Origin: Propionibacteriaceae bacterium
Lineage (GTDB): Bacteria > Actinomycetota > Actinomycetes > Propionibacteriales > Propionibacteriaceae
Length of the DNA: 64,000 nt
Assembly: GCA_027492675.1 (NCBI GenBank)
Contig: JAPUEI010000039.1
Coordinates: forward strand, 8,370-72,369
Direction: 5' to 3'
The position numbers were made by a program, and so were the translations under genes. Shown one piece after another: positions 52,567 to 62,473 of this stretch. The number at the start of each line of letters is the position of its first letter. Position 1 is the stretch's first letter. The notes under the pieces were generated by a model. The model was not told the origin of the DNA and searched no databases. It worked only from the letters and a program-made list of their open reading frames with translations.

Positions 52567-53867
52567 TGGGCGACTCCGCAATCTCCGTCTCCGGGGTGTC
52601 CAAGAACTTCCGGATCTTCTCCGAGCAGAACCGGTCGCTCAAGGGAGCGATCCTGCGCGGCAACCGCACGCGGTACGAAGAGTTCTGGGCGCTGCGCGAC
52701 ATCGACCTCGAGATCCCCCAGGGCAAGACGTTCGGCCTCCTCGGCAACAACGGCTCCGGCAAATCGACCCTGCTGAAGTGCATGGCCCGCATCCTCAAGC
52801 CGAACAAGGGCGAGATCCACCACCGCGGACGTATGGCCGCGATGCTCGAGGTCGGCTCGGGATTCCACCCGGAGCTGACGGGGCGCGAGAACGTCTTCCT
52901 CAACAGCGCCATCCTGGGCATGACGCGCGCCGAGATCGAGCGCAAGTTCGACTCCATCGTCGACTTCGCCGGCGAAGCGGTCGCCCGCAGCATCGACCAA
53001 CCCGTGAAGAACTACTCCAGCGGCATGTACGTGCGGCTCGGGTTCTCGGTCTCCATCCACGTCGAGCCCGACATCCTCCTCGTGGACGAGGTGCTCGCCG
53101 TCGGCGACATGGAGTTCCAGGAACAGTGCATGGAGAAGTTCGCCGACCTCAAGCGCGACGGCCGTACCGTCGTCGTGGTCAGCCACGCGCTGGACCAGAT
53201 GCGCACCTTCTGCGACTACGCCGCGTGGCTCGACAACGGCCAGATCGCGCGGCTGGGCGTCGCCAACGACGTCATCTCGAGCTACATCGAGGACGAGCAT
53301 GGCGCGCGGAGCGCGGCCGGCGCGGGCGTGCGGTTCGGCACAGGCGAGGTCGTGATCGACCGCTTCGAGGTGATCACCGACCGCGGCGTCAACCCGGCCC
53401 AGGTCCACTCGTACGAACCGGTCCACATCCGGATGCATTACACGGCCAAGGAGCGGATCCCCGATCCGAGCTTCATCGTGTCCATCGACCACGTGGACGG
53501 GCAGTCGATGTGGTCGAACCACACCAAGGACGCCGACTACCTGCCGGCCGACGTACGGCCCGGCCCCGGTTCCCTCGACGTCGTCATCCCGGCGTTGAAC
53601 TTCCGACCCGGCACGTTCTACATCAACGGCTCGGTGCACAGTTCCGACGGCGGTGTCCTCGACTGCCTCAACCGGTCGCTCAAGATGACCGTGATCGCCG
53701 GCGATCCGAAGGAGTCGGGCGGACTCGTGGCTCTCGGGTCGCACTTCGACGAGATGACGCCCGAGCGTCCGATGAAGAAGGCCAAGGCTCCCGGGCAGGG
53801 TCCGGTCGACCTGGAGACGTACGTCTCACCCCACAAGCGGGGCGAGGACCGGCGTCAGAGGTCGTGA
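52563..53867 (+). CDS. Polysaccharide ABC exporter ATP-binding protein (Wzt/TagH-like) with C-terminal beta-sandwich glycan-binding-like domain
   Basis: Walker A GNNGSGKST, signature YSSGMYVRLGF, Walker B ILLVDEVLAVGD, and an extra C-terminal domain of about 170 aa (Wzt_C-like). Confidence 0.88.
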   Translation: MMGDSAISVSGVSKNFRIFSEQNRSLKGAILRGNRTRYEEFWALRDIDLEIPQGKTFGLLGNNGSGKSTLLKCMARILKPNKGEIHHRGRMAAMLEVGSGFHPELTGRENVFLNSAILGMTRAEIERKFDSIVDFAGEAVARSIDQPVKNYSSGMYVRLGFSVSIHVEPDILLVDEVLAVGDMEFQEQCMEKFADLKRDGRTVVVVSHALDQMRTFCDYAAWLDNGQIARLGVANDVISSYIEDEHGARSAAGAGVRFGTGEVVIDRFEVITDRGVNPAQVHSYEPVHIRMHYTAKERIPDPSFIVSIDHVDGQSMWSNHTKDADYLPADVRPGPGSLDVVIPALNFRPGTFYINGSVHSSDGGVLDCLNRSLKMTVIAGDPKESGGLVALGSHFDEMTPERPMKKAKAPGQGPVDLETYVSPHKRGEDRRQRS

Positions 53868-55627
53868 AGCGGTAGCCGGTAGCTCGTCGTCGTGCGTGAC
53901 AGGTTGCCGTTGAGGTGAGGGTCGTGGGCGACGAGATCGCCCCACCTCGACCGGAACAGCTCCGCCGCTCCGTACAGCTCGGACCAGTCCCGCGTCGGCG
54001 CGATCGACTTCGACTCGTGGTGGAGCAGCCGCACGTCGGGGGTGTAGACGATCCGGTAGCCCAGCGCGCCGATCCGCAGGCACAGGTCGACATCGTTGAA
54101 CGTGATCCGGAACTCGGGGTCGAAACCGGAGACCTCGTCGTACACCGTCTTGCGCACCGCGATGCACGCCGCGGTCACGGCTGACGCGTCGCGCCGCGTC
54201 CAGAGCATCAGACGCTGGGTGCGCGACAGGCGGCCGTCGAGCCGCAGGCCCGACAGGCTGTTGCCAGCCACGGACTTGATGCCGAGCCCGATGCCGGCGT
54301 GCTGAACGGTGAGTCGGTCGGGGTACAACAGCAGACAGCCGACCACCCCGATCTCGGGACGCTGGGCCTCGCCCACCATGACGTGCAGCCAGGACGGCTC
54401 GAGCACCTCGGTGTCGTTGTTGAGCATCAGGAGGACCTCGCCGTGGGCCGCGGCCGCGCCGGCGTTGCAACTGGTGGCGTACGAGAACGGCTTCTCGGGC
54501 CAGTCCACGACGCGGAAGGACTCGTGCAGCTCGGACATCTCGTCGTACCACGCCAGGACCTGCGGGTCGTCGCTCCCGGTGTCGACCAGCACGACCTCGT
54601 ACGAGCGGTAGGCGGTCGTGGCGTAGATCGACTCGACGCAGCGCCGGACGACCTCGTACGCATTCTTGCTGGGGATGACGATCGAGACCAGCGGCTCGTC
54701 GTCGAGCGGGTAGCGCACGCTCCAGGTGCCGGGGAGCTGCCCGGGCGCGACCGTGCAGCTCGGCGTCCCCTCGGCGGCCAGCGCCTCGCGGAGCACGGTC
54801 CGCGCCGTACGGTCGGAGGGGGAAGGGGCCGAGGGCAGTCGGCCGGCGACGATCCCTTCGGCGTGGGCCACGGTCGCGCCACCACGCGTGAGCCGTAGCT
54901 GGAGATCCCAGAGCTCGGCGCCGGGCAGATCCCGGACAGTCGCCGCGACGACGAGGGTCCGGCGGAACAGCACGACGGTGCCGAGGTACGGGGTGCTGTG
55001 GAGCAGCTCGGGGTTCCAGGCGGGGGTGAAGAACGGATCCTTGCGGTGTACGCGCTCGACGCCCCGGCGGTCGACGGAGACCTGCGCGATGTCGTCGCCC
55101 CCGTAGGCGATGTCGGCGTCAGTGACCGCGGCCACGAGGGACGCCAGCGAGTCGCGGTACAGCACGTCGTACGGTCCGACGAACAGCACGTACTCACCGG
55201 TGGCGATCATCGAGGCCGCGGTCATGCGCTCGGACGGTGTGGCTCCCTCGACGACCTCCGCTGCTGCGCGAAGGCTGCCGGCGGACCTTGAGGAGGCGGC
55301 GTCCGTCGTGACGACCAGGTCCCAGTTCGCGTACGTCTGGGTGGTCACCCGCGCGACCGCCCTGTCCATCGCGGCGCGCTGCTGTCCTGTGACGTCGAGC
55401 ACCACGGTGACCGACGGTCCATGCAGAACGCCTGCCGGAAGGGCCGCCGCGCTCTGGTCCTGCAGCCACGAGCGGTACGCGACGTGCTGGGCCGTGCGCC
55501 AGTTCAGGGCCCCGAAGTATGCGGCACGGGCGAGCCGAGCGGCGCCGGGGGCCTTCGCGAGACCCGCGCGGACCACTGACTTCGCGACGCGCGTGGCGCG
55601 GGCTGGGAGGTCCTGGGGCTGCGTCAC
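53855..55627 (-). CDS. Two-domain family 2 glycosyltransferase
   Basis: The first GT2-like half has VTVVLDV..TQTYANWDLVV. The second has VSIVIPSKNAYEVVRRCVESI, LMLNNDTEV and NDVDLCLR. Confidence 0.85.
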   Translation of the reverse strand: MTQPQDLPARATRVAKSVVRAGLAKAPGAARLARAAYFGALNWRTAQHVAYRSWLQDQSAAALPAGVLHGPSVTVVLDVTGQQRAAMDRAVARVTTQTYANWDLVVTTDAASSRSAGSLRAAAEVVEGATPSERMTAASMIATGEYVLFVGPYDVLYRDSLASLVAAVTDADIAYGGDDIAQVSVDRRGVERVHRKDPFFTPAWNPELLHSTPYLGTVVLFRRTLVVAATVRDLPGAELWDLQLRLTRGGATVAHAEGIVAGRLPSAPSPSDRTARTVLREALAAEGTPSCTVAPGQLPGTWSVRYPLDDEPLVSIVIPSKNAYEVVRRCVESIYATTAYRSYEVVLVDTGSDDPQVLAWYDEMSELHESFRVVDWPEKPFSYATSCNAGAAAAHGEVLLMLNNDTEVLEPSWLHVMVGEAQRPEIGVVGCLLLYPDRLTVQHAGIGLGIKSVAGNSLSGLRLDGRLSRTQRLMLWTRRDASAVTAACIAVRKTVYDEVSGFDPEFRITFNDVDLCLRIGALGYRIVYTPDVRLLHHESKSIAPTRDWSELYGAAELFRSRWGDLVAHDPHLNGNLSRTTTSYRLPLHDL

Positions 55628-55661
55628 GCCGTCACTCTATCGAGGCTCGCGAGCCCCGATG

Positions 55662-56366
55662 TCAGACCGCGATGCCCTCGATGCGCTTCACCCAGCGGAT
55701 CACCCGGAGCGTGACCGGGAGCATGACGACCTCGACGCCGACCTTCCAGATGTAGCCGACCGCGATGTAGTTGACCATCATGCCCGCGTCGATGATGCCG
55801 CCGAACGCCACCAGGCAGAAGATCGTGGTGTCGGCGAGCTCACCCACGAGCGTGCTGGAGACCAGCCGCCACCACAGGGACCCCGGTCGCGCGCGGGCCT
55901 TGAGTCGCACGACCACGTACGCGTTGAGGAACTGGCCGGCCAGGAAGCCGGCCAGGCTGGCGGCGACGATCCGCGGGACGAAGCCGAGCACTGCGTGCCA
56001 GGCGTCGCCGAGGCCCCACCCGGGGGCCGCGGGGGCGGAATCGACGGCGAGGAAGGTCAACGAGGCGAGCAGGGCGATCCCGAATCCGAGGAGGATCGCG
56101 CGACGGGCCAGCCGCATCCCGTACACCTCCGCCAGCAGGTCGCCGAGGATGTACGTGAGGGGGAACAGGAACGCGCCGCCGTCGGTGATGATCGGCAGCA
56201 CCCAGAACCCGACGACGCTCACGCTGGGCCCGAACGCGATCAGCTTCGTGGCGCCGATGTTCGAGACGAGCAGAAGGGAGCAGAACAGCGCCAGCACGAT
56301 GTCGTACAGGCGACGTCCTGTCGTGGCAAGGGGCTGCGTCGTGGCGGGGCTGGGCGCTGAGGTCAC
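55662..56366 (-). CDS. yhhQ: Queuosine precursor transporter (YhhQ/VUT, DUF165 family)
   Basis: LLVSNIGATKLI, FLFPLTYILGDLLAEVYG, SLAGFLAGQFLNAYV, GELADTTIF. Confidence 0.85.
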   Translation of the reverse strand: MTSAPSPATTQPLATTGRRLYDIVLALFCSLLLVSNIGATKLIAFGPSVSVVGFWVLPIITDGGAFLFPLTYILGDLLAEVYGMRLARRAILLGFGIALLASLTFLAVDSAPAAPGWGLGDAWHAVLGFVPRIVAASLAGFLAGQFLNAYVVVRLKARARPGSLWWRLVSSTLVGELADTTIFCLVAFGGIIDAGMMVNYIAVGYIWKVGVEVVMLPVTLRVIRWVKRIEGIAV

Positions 56367-56432
56367 GGCGGCATGCTACGTCGATCAGCGCAGGTGCCTC
56401 CCGTTTGGCCAGGTTCGTGGCAGGATCGGTTC

Positions 56433-56870
56433 ATGGATACCGAGCTCGACTACATGCCGGATGAGTCGGAGCAGCTGGATCAGCTGCAGTCCGATGAGAC
56501 GCTGGTCGACCGTGGGGTGGCCGACGTTCTCGACGAGGGGTACACGACGCCTGAGCATTGGTCGGTGGCCGAGGGATTCGGCAACACACCGTCCGAGATG
56601 CGCCACGGGGAATCCCTGGACATGAAGCTCGCCGCCGAGATGCCTGAGGCCGTCGACGACGAGGGCACCTGGCGCGATGATCTGTCCGAGGTCCGGGAAG
56701 TGGGCAACCGCCGCGCCGGACGGCTCGTGGACCATCACGGAGCAGGCATCGACGACAACGAGAGCGACGTGATCGCCGAGGACATCGGCATCGACGGGGG
56801 CGCTGCCTGCGCCGAAGAGGCCGCCATGCACATCATCGACCCCGACGAGGACGACGACCTTGACGACTGA
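56433..56870 (+). CDS. Highly acidic DUF5709-like protein
   Basis: LDQLQSDETLVDRGV.DVLDEGYTTPE and AEDIGIDGGAACAEEAAMH. Start taken as the ATG at 56433. Confidence 0.6.
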   Translation: MDTELDYMPDESEQLDQLQSDETLVDRGVADVLDEGYTTPEHWSVAEGFGNTPSEMRHGESLDMKLAAEMPEAVDDEGTWRDDLSEVREVGNRRAGRLVDHHGAGIDDNESDVIAEDIGIDGGAACAEEAAMHIIDPDEDDDLDD

Positions 56871-57867
56871 CCCATCCGCTCAGGCACTTCGGGGCCTCTA
56901 CCCGGAGATCGAGCCGTACGCGTCGGGCATGCTCGACGTCGGCGACGGGCAGCAGGTGTACTACGAGTTGTGCGGCAACCCCGAGGGGAAGCCTGTCGTC
57001 GTGCTTCACGGAGGGCCGGGAGGCGGCTGCAGCCCCGCGATGCGCCGTTTCTTCGATCCGGAGAAGTACCGGATCGTGCTCTTCGACCAGCGCGGATGCG
57101 GCCGTTCGGTCCCGCACGTGGCTGACCCGACCGCCGACTTCAGCACGAACACGACCTGGCACCTCGTCGCCGACATCGAGCTGCTGCGCAGCCACCTCGG
57201 GATCGACCGCTGGCAGGTCTGGGGCGGCTCCTGGGGCAGCGCGCTGGCCCTCGCGTACGCGGAGACCCATCCCGACCGGGTGACCGAGCTCGTGCTGCGC
57301 GGGATCTTCATGCTCCGCCGCTGGGAGCTCGACTGGTTCTACAACGGACCGGCGGGCATCATCCGGCCCGACTGGTGGTCGGTGTTCACGGGACCCCTGG
57401 GCGACGGTGCCCGCGCCCTGCTGAACGTCGGCACACCGGGCGACGACAACATCGCCCGCTACCACGACCTGCTGTTCGACCCGGACCCTGCCGTGCACGT
57501 ACCGGCCGGGATCGCGTGGACCACCTGGGAGAACGCGACCGTCAGGCTCGTGACCGACCAGAAGTTCCTGGATGATGCGCAGGACCCGGCGTACGCGGTC
57601 GCGTTCGCGCGCATCGAGAACCACTACTTCACGAACGCCGGCTGGTTCACGCCCGACCAACTGCTCCACGACGTCGGACGCATCCGCCACATCCCAGCGG
57701 TGATCGTGCACGGCCAGTACGACGTGTGCTGCCCGGTCCGCAACGCGTACGACCTCAAGGCGGTCTGGCCCGAAGCCGACCTCCACGTCGTCCTCGCGGG
57801 CCACTCCGCCGCCGAGCCCGAGATCACCTCCGCGCTCATCGAGGCGACGGACCGGTTCGCGGGGTAG
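56860..57867 (+). CDS. pip: Prolyl aminopeptidase (proline iminopeptidase, S33 alpha/beta hydrolase)
   Basis: LYPEIEPY..GMLDVGDGQQVYYELCGNPEGKPVVVLHGGPGGG, nucleophile GGSWGS, ENHYF. The only in-frame start before the conserved N-terminus is the TTG at 56860, which overlaps the upstream gene by 11 nt. Confidence 0.9.
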   Translation: MTTDPSAQALRGLYPEIEPYASGMLDVGDGQQVYYELCGNPEGKPVVVLHGGPGGGCSPAMRRFFDPEKYRIVLFDQRGCGRSVPHVADPTADFSTNTTWHLVADIELLRSHLGIDRWQVWGGSWGSALALAYAETHPDRVTELVLRGIFMLRRWELDWFYNGPAGIIRPDWWSVFTGPLGDGARALLNVGTPGDDNIARYHDLLFDPDPAVHVPAGIAWTTWENATVRLVTDQKFLDDAQDPAYAVAFARIENHYFTNAGWFTPDQLLHDVGRIRHIPAVIVHGQYDVCCPVRNAYDLKAVWPEADLHVVLAGHSAAEPEITSALIEATDRFAG

Positions 57868-57910
57868 GCGATCGGAATCTCGATGTGCGCTCTCGGTGGC
57901 CTCGCCTAGG

Positions 57911-58939
57911 ATGGGCGGGTCAATCACCGAAGGAGGACCGACCATCGACCAGGCAGGCAGCAGCCCCGCAGCGGAGCGTCGGCTGAATATCCCCGCGTCG
58001 ATCAGCATGGTCAACGTCCTCGGGCCTCGTGACGAGTTCCTCCGCATCCTCGAGCGCGACCTCGACGCCGACATCCACGTCCGCGGCAACGAGATGACCC
58101 TGTCCGGGTCCCCGGCCGCCGTGGCGCACGCCGCCGAGGTGATGACCGAGCTGGTGACGATCATCCGTACGGGCCAAGGTCTGTCCGCCTCCGACGTGGA
58201 GCGGGTCGTCGGGATGACGGCGACCGCCGGTGAGCTCCGGCCGGCCGAGGTGCTGACCCAGAACATCCTGTCCAACCGCGGCAAGACCATCAGGCCGAAG
58301 ACGCTGAACCAGAAGCGGTACGTCGACGCCATCGACGAGCACACCGTCGTCTTCGGGATCGGCCCGGCCGGTACGGGCAAGACGTACCTCGCGATGGCCA
58401 AGGCCGTCGCCGCGCTGCAGGACAAGCGCGTGAACCGGATCATCCTCACGCGGCCGGCGATCGAGGCGGGGGAGCGGCTCGGCTTCCTGCCCGGCACGCT
58501 CAACGACAAGATCGACCCGTACCTGCGCCCCTTGTACGACGCGCTGCACGACATGGTCGACCCCGAGTCCGTACCCCGCCTGCTCACGGCGGGCACCATC
58601 GAGGTGGCGCCGCTGGCGTACATGCGTGGCCGGTCCCTGAATGACGCGTTCATCATCCTCGACGAGGCGCAGAACACGTCGGCCGAGCAGATGAAGATGT
58701 TCCTGACGCGGCTCGGATTCGGATCCAAGATGGTCGTGACGGGCGACGTCACCCAGGTGGACCTGCCGAGCGGCCAGCGGTCAGGCCTGCGCGAGGTGCA
58801 GCAGATCCTCGACGGCCTCCAGGACGTGGCGTTCTGCCAGCTGACCAGCCACGACGTCGTACGGCACAAGCTCGTCGGCCGGATCGTCGCCGCCTACGAC
58901 AGGTACGAGGCGTCCCTGCCTCCCGTGAGGAGATCCTGA
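57911..58939 (+). CDS. phoH: PhoH family ATPase
   Basis: Walker A GPAGTGKTYLAMA, ILDEAQN, GDVTQVDLP. Start is the ATG at 57911 or the GTG at 57896. Confidence 0.93.
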   Translation: MGGSITEGGPTIDQAGSSPAAERRLNIPASISMVNVLGPRDEFLRILERDLDADIHVRGNEMTLSGSPAAVAHAAEVMTELVTIIRTGQGLSASDVERVVGMTATAGELRPAEVLTQNILSNRGKTIRPKTLNQKRYVDAIDEHTVVFGIGPAGTGKTYLAMAKAVAALQDKRVNRIILTRPAIEAGERLGFLPGTLNDKIDPYLRPLYDALHDMVDPESVPRLLTAGTIEVAPLAYMRGRSLNDAFIILDEAQNTSAEQMKMFLTRLGFGSKMVVTGDVTQVDLPSGQRSGLREVQQILDGLQDVAFCQLTSHDVVRHKLVGRIVAAYDRYEASLPPVRRS

Positions 58940-59400
58940 TGATCGACATCAACAACGAGTCCGGGCTCGAGGCCGACGAGCTGGGCCTCGTCGCGCTCAC
59001 CCGGTTCGCTCTCGACCGGATGCGGATCCACCCTCAGGCCGAGGTGTCGATCCTGCTGGTCGACGAGGAGACGATGTCGGACTACCACGTACGGTTCATG
59101 GACGAGCCCGGCCCGACTGACGTGCTGAGCTTCCCCATGGACGAGCTGCGGCCGCCCAAGGACGACGAGGAGCCGCCGCTCGGGCTGCTCGGAGACGTCG
59201 TGCTGTGCCCGTCGGTGACGGCGAAGCAGGCGGCGGACAACGGGCGCACGACCGAGGAGGAGGCCGAGTACCTGCTGGTCCACGGCCTGCTCCACCTGCT
59301 GGGCTTCGACCATGCCGAGCCCGAGGAGAAGGCCGTGATGTTCGGCCTCAACGACCAGATCATCGCCGCCTGGAACGCGAAGAAGCCGTCCCGGGTCTGA
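58939..59400 (+). CDS. ybeY: rRNA maturation endoribonuclease YbeY
   Basis: TDVLSFP and the HGLLHLLGFDH zinc motif. The ATGA start overlaps the phoH stop. Confidence 0.95.
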   Translation: MIDINNESGLEADELGLVALTRFALDRMRIHPQAEVSILLVDEETMSDYHVRFMDEPGPTDVLSFPMDELRPPKDDEEPPLGLLGDVVLCPSVTAKQAADNGRTTEEEAEYLLVHGLLHLLGFDHAEPEEKAVMFGLNDQIIAAWNAKKPSRV

Positions 59401-59571
59401 GCGGCCCGGGCCCCGCATGCCACGCGCACACCCTTACGTCGCGACATCGTGTGGCAGGGGTTGTGCGGGCGACCCAAGGGTGGTGCGCGTGATCGTTGAG
59501 GGCTCCGGGAGCTGTGCCCGATAGACTGCCCTCCTCAGCATCCGTCGACCTAAGGCAGTGACACTCCCACC

Positions 59572-60903
59572 GTGACGCAGTGGCTCCAGATCGGCCTGAT
59601 CGTCGGCTTCGTGCTGCTCGCGGCGGTGTTCGAGATGATCGACGCCGCGTACGCGACCATGTCTCGCGGTCGCGCCAAGCACCTCGCTGAAGAAGGAACC
59701 CCCGGCGCGGCGCGCGTGGAGCAGATCCTCGCGGACCCGGGTCCGACGCGGGCCACGGCGGAGTTCCTCGTGCTCACGTTCGAGACCCTAGCCATCGCGA
59801 CCGTCGCGAGCTGGGCCTTCGGGACGTTCCACTCGCTCACCGCCGGTCTGCTGATCACCGCGCTGATCTCGGTGATCCTGCTGTTCGTCGTCGCGACGGT
59901 AGGCGGTCGCACGCTGGGCCGCCAGCACGCCACCAGCGTCACCCTGCGCACCGGGCGGCTGATGGGCCTGCTCACGACGGTGCTGTTCTTCGCCCCGCAG
60001 ATCATGATCGTCATCGGCAACGTGATCACGCCGGGCCGCGGCTATCCCGACGGTCCGTTCGCGTCCGAGGACGAGCTCAGGGAGTACGTGGACCGCGCCG
60101 AGGCCTCGAACCAGATCGAGGCCGAGGAGCGGAGGATGATCCACTCCGTGTTCGACCTGGGCGACACCATCGTCAAGCAGGTCATGGTGCCCCGCCCCGA
60201 GGTGGTCTTCATCGAGGCGCAGAAGACGCTGCGGCAGGCGACCTCGCTGGCGCTGCGCTCGGGCTTCAGCCGGATCCCGGTGGTGGGCTCCGGCGGTCTC
60301 GACGACATCGTCGGCATCGTCTACCTCAAGGACGTGATGAAGAGGGTGTACGACAATGCGGGCGCGCAGACGTCCGAGGTCGTCACCTCGATCATGCGGC
60401 CGGCCACGTTCTGCCCGGACTCGAAGCCCGTGGACGACCTGCTCCGCGAGATGCAGCTTCACCGCAGCCACGTCGTGGTCGTCGTCGACGAGTTCGGCGG
60501 CACGGCAGGTCTGGCCACCATCGAGGACATTCTCGAGGAGATCGTGGGCGAGATCGTGGACGAGTACGACGACGAGGTGCCGCCCATCACGGAGCTCTCC
60601 GAGGGCTACTACCGCGTCGTGGCCAGGCTCCCGTTGGACGATCTCGGCGAGCTGTTCGAGATGGAGCTCGATGACGACGACGTCGACTCCGTCGGCGGCA
60701 TCATGGCGAAGACCCTCAACAAGGTCCCGATCCCGGGGGCGGTGGTGCACTGGGAAGGTCTGGAGCTCATCGCCGACCGGCCCACGGGACGACGCAACCA
60801 GGTCGGCACCGTTCTCGTACGACGCACGTCAGACTCCGACGACTCCGCGACCGAGGCAGCGACCGACCTCGCGCGCCAGGCCGCAGAAGGTGACCCCTCA
60901 TGA
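59572..60903 (+). CDS. Hemolysin-family / CNNM (DUF21-CBS pair-CorC_HlyC) membrane protein
   Basis: N-terminal four-TM DUF21, a CBS pair (VMVPRPEVVFI.., IVGIVYLKDV), and CorC_HlyC (VVVVDEFGGTAGLATIEDILEEIVGEI). Confidence 0.9.
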   Translation: MTQWLQIGLIVGFVLLAAVFEMIDAAYATMSRGRAKHLAEEGTPGAARVEQILADPGPTRATAEFLVLTFETLAIATVASWAFGTFHSLTAGLLITALISVILLFVVATVGGRTLGRQHATSVTLRTGRLMGLLTTVLFFAPQIMIVIGNVITPGRGYPDGPFASEDELREYVDRAEASNQIEAEERRMIHSVFDLGDTIVKQVMVPRPEVVFIEAQKTLRQATSLALRSGFSRIPVVGSGGLDDIVGIVYLKDVMKRVYDNAGAQTSEVVTSIMRPATFCPDSKPVDDLLREMQLHRSHVVVVVDEFGGTAGLATIEDILEEIVGEIVDEYDDEVPPITELSEGYYRVVARLPLDDLGELFEMELDDDDVDSVGGIMAKTLNKVPIPGAVVHWEGLELIADRPTGRRNQVGTVLVRRTSDSDDSATEAATDLARQAAEGDPS

Positions 60904-61817
60904 CGCACCGCTCCGGCTTCGCCTGCTTCGTGGGCCGGCCCAACGCCGGCAAGTCCACGCTCACCAACGCGATCGTGGGCGAGAAGATCGCCATCGCGTC
61001 CTCGAAGCCGCAGACGACGCGACACACCGTCCGGGGCATCGTGACCCGTCCGAACGATCAGCTGATCCTCGTCGATACGCCAGGCCTGCACCGGCCCCGT
61101 ACGCTCCTGGGCGAACGGTTGAACTCGCTCGTACGGGACACGTGGAGCGAGGTGGACGTCGTCGCGGTCTGCCTGCCGGCGAACCAGCACATCGGGCCCG
61201 GCGACATGTACATCGTCAACGAGATCGCCGCGCTCAGGAACCGGCCCAAGATGGTCGCTCTGGCGACGAAGACCGACCTGGTCAGCAAGGAGCGGCTGCG
61301 GGGTCACCTGCAGGACATCGCCGACATCGAGGAGACGGCCGGCATCCGCTGGGAGCACATCGTGCCCGTGTCGGCGGTCACCGGTGAGCAGGTCGAGCTG
61401 GTGTGCGACCTGCTGTGCTCGCTGCTGCCCGAGGGGCCGGCGCTGTACGGAGATGACGTCATCACCGACGAACCCACCGAGACCCGGATCGCAGAACTCA
61501 TCCGCGAGTCGGTGCTGGAGGGTGTCCGAGACGAGCTCCCGCACTCGATCACCGTGGTCGTCGACGAGATGAACCTGCGCGAGGGCCGTCCCGAGAACAA
61601 GCCGCTGATGGAGGTGTACGCGTCGATGATCGTCGAGCGCGACTCCCAGAAGGGCATCCTCATCGGCCACAAGGGGTCCCGCCTGAAGGAGATGGGATCC
61701 GTGGCGCGCGCCCAGATCTCGGCGCTTCTCGGCATGCCCGTACACCTCGATCTCCGCATCAAGGTGCTCAAGGAGTGGCAGCGCGACGCCAAGCACCTGA
61801 ACCGCCTGGGTTTCTGA
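60900..61817 (+). CDS. era: GTPase Era
   Basis: G1 GRPNAGKST, G3 DTPG, G4 TKTD, and a C-terminal KH domain (IGHKGSRLKEMG). Confidence 0.96.
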   Translation: MTHRSGFACFVGRPNAGKSTLTNAIVGEKIAIASSKPQTTRHTVRGIVTRPNDQLILVDTPGLHRPRTLLGERLNSLVRDTWSEVDVVAVCLPANQHIGPGDMYIVNEIAALRNRPKMVALATKTDLVSKERLRGHLQDIADIEETAGIRWEHIVPVSAVTGEQVELVCDLLCSLLPEGPALYGDDVITDEPTETRIAELIRESVLEGVRDELPHSITVVVDEMNLREGRPENKPLMEVYASMIVERDSQKGILIGHKGSRLKEMGSVARAQISALLGMPVHLDLRIKVLKEWQRDAKHLNRLGF

Positions 61818-61831
61818 GGCGGCGGTGCCCG

Positions 61832-62473
61832 TCAGTACGTCGCCAGGCGGGACTCGAGGTCGGCCTTGACGCTCGGCCAGTCGTCGATGGTGATCGCGAA
61901 CACGACCGTGTCTCGCCACGTCCCGTCCTCGCGGGGGATGTCACGGCGCAGCACGCCCTCTCGTACGGCCCCGAGCTTCGCGATCGCAGCCTGGCTACGG
62001 GTGTTGAGCATGTCGGTCTGGATCTTGACCCGGCCATAGCCCAACGTCTCGAAGGCGTGCGTCAGCAGGAGGAGCTTGGCCTCGGGGTTGACGAACGTCG
62101 ACCAGACGCGCGGGTCGTACAGCGTCCATCCGAGGTGGGCCGACTCGCGGTCGGGTACGAAGTCGCCGAGGCTGGAGGTGCCCACCAGCGTGCCGGCCGG
62201 CAGGTCAGCGAGGTCGACCGCGAGTCGCACCGCGTACACCGTTCTCCCGTGGCCGAGCCCGTTGGGCGGTGTCGCGTGGGTGTACGTGCGGACCGCCAGA
62301 GCGAGGGCCGCTTCCTCCGTGGCGGGGGGCCGATGCATCACGTACCCGTGGGCGTACACCTCGGGCGAACGGAGGATCGTCGCCAACTGCGGGGCATCGG
62401 CGTCCGTGATGGGGCCGAGAGCCAGATGGGGTCCGACGAGGTCGGCGGCGACGAGGGGGAGCTGTGCGGGCAT
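61832..62473 (-). CDS. GNAT family N-acetyltransferase (RimJ/RimL-like)
   Basis: LGWTLYDPRVWSTFVNPEAKLLLLTHAFETLGYGRVKIQTDMLNTRSQAAIAKLGAVREGVLR. Start taken as the ATG at 62473. Confidence 0.8.
   Translation of the reverse strand: MPAQLPLVAADLVGPHLALGPITDADAPQLATILRSPEVYAHGYVMHRPPATEEAALALAVRTYTHATPPNGLGHGRTVYAVRLAVDLADLPAGTLVGTSSLGDFVPDRESAHLGWTLYDPRVWSTFVNPEAKLLLLTHAFETLGYGRVKIQTDMLNTRSQAAIAKLGAVREGVLRRDIPREDGTWRDTVVFAITIDDWPSVKADLESRLATY

Noticed and set aside
56367-56432. preQ1 riboswitch upstream of yhhQ
   Set aside because: The reverse-complemented leader (about 66 nt) lacks the short stem-loop plus A-rich tail characteristic of preQ1-I/II/III motifs as far as I can judge by eye. A covariance-model scan would be needed to be sure.
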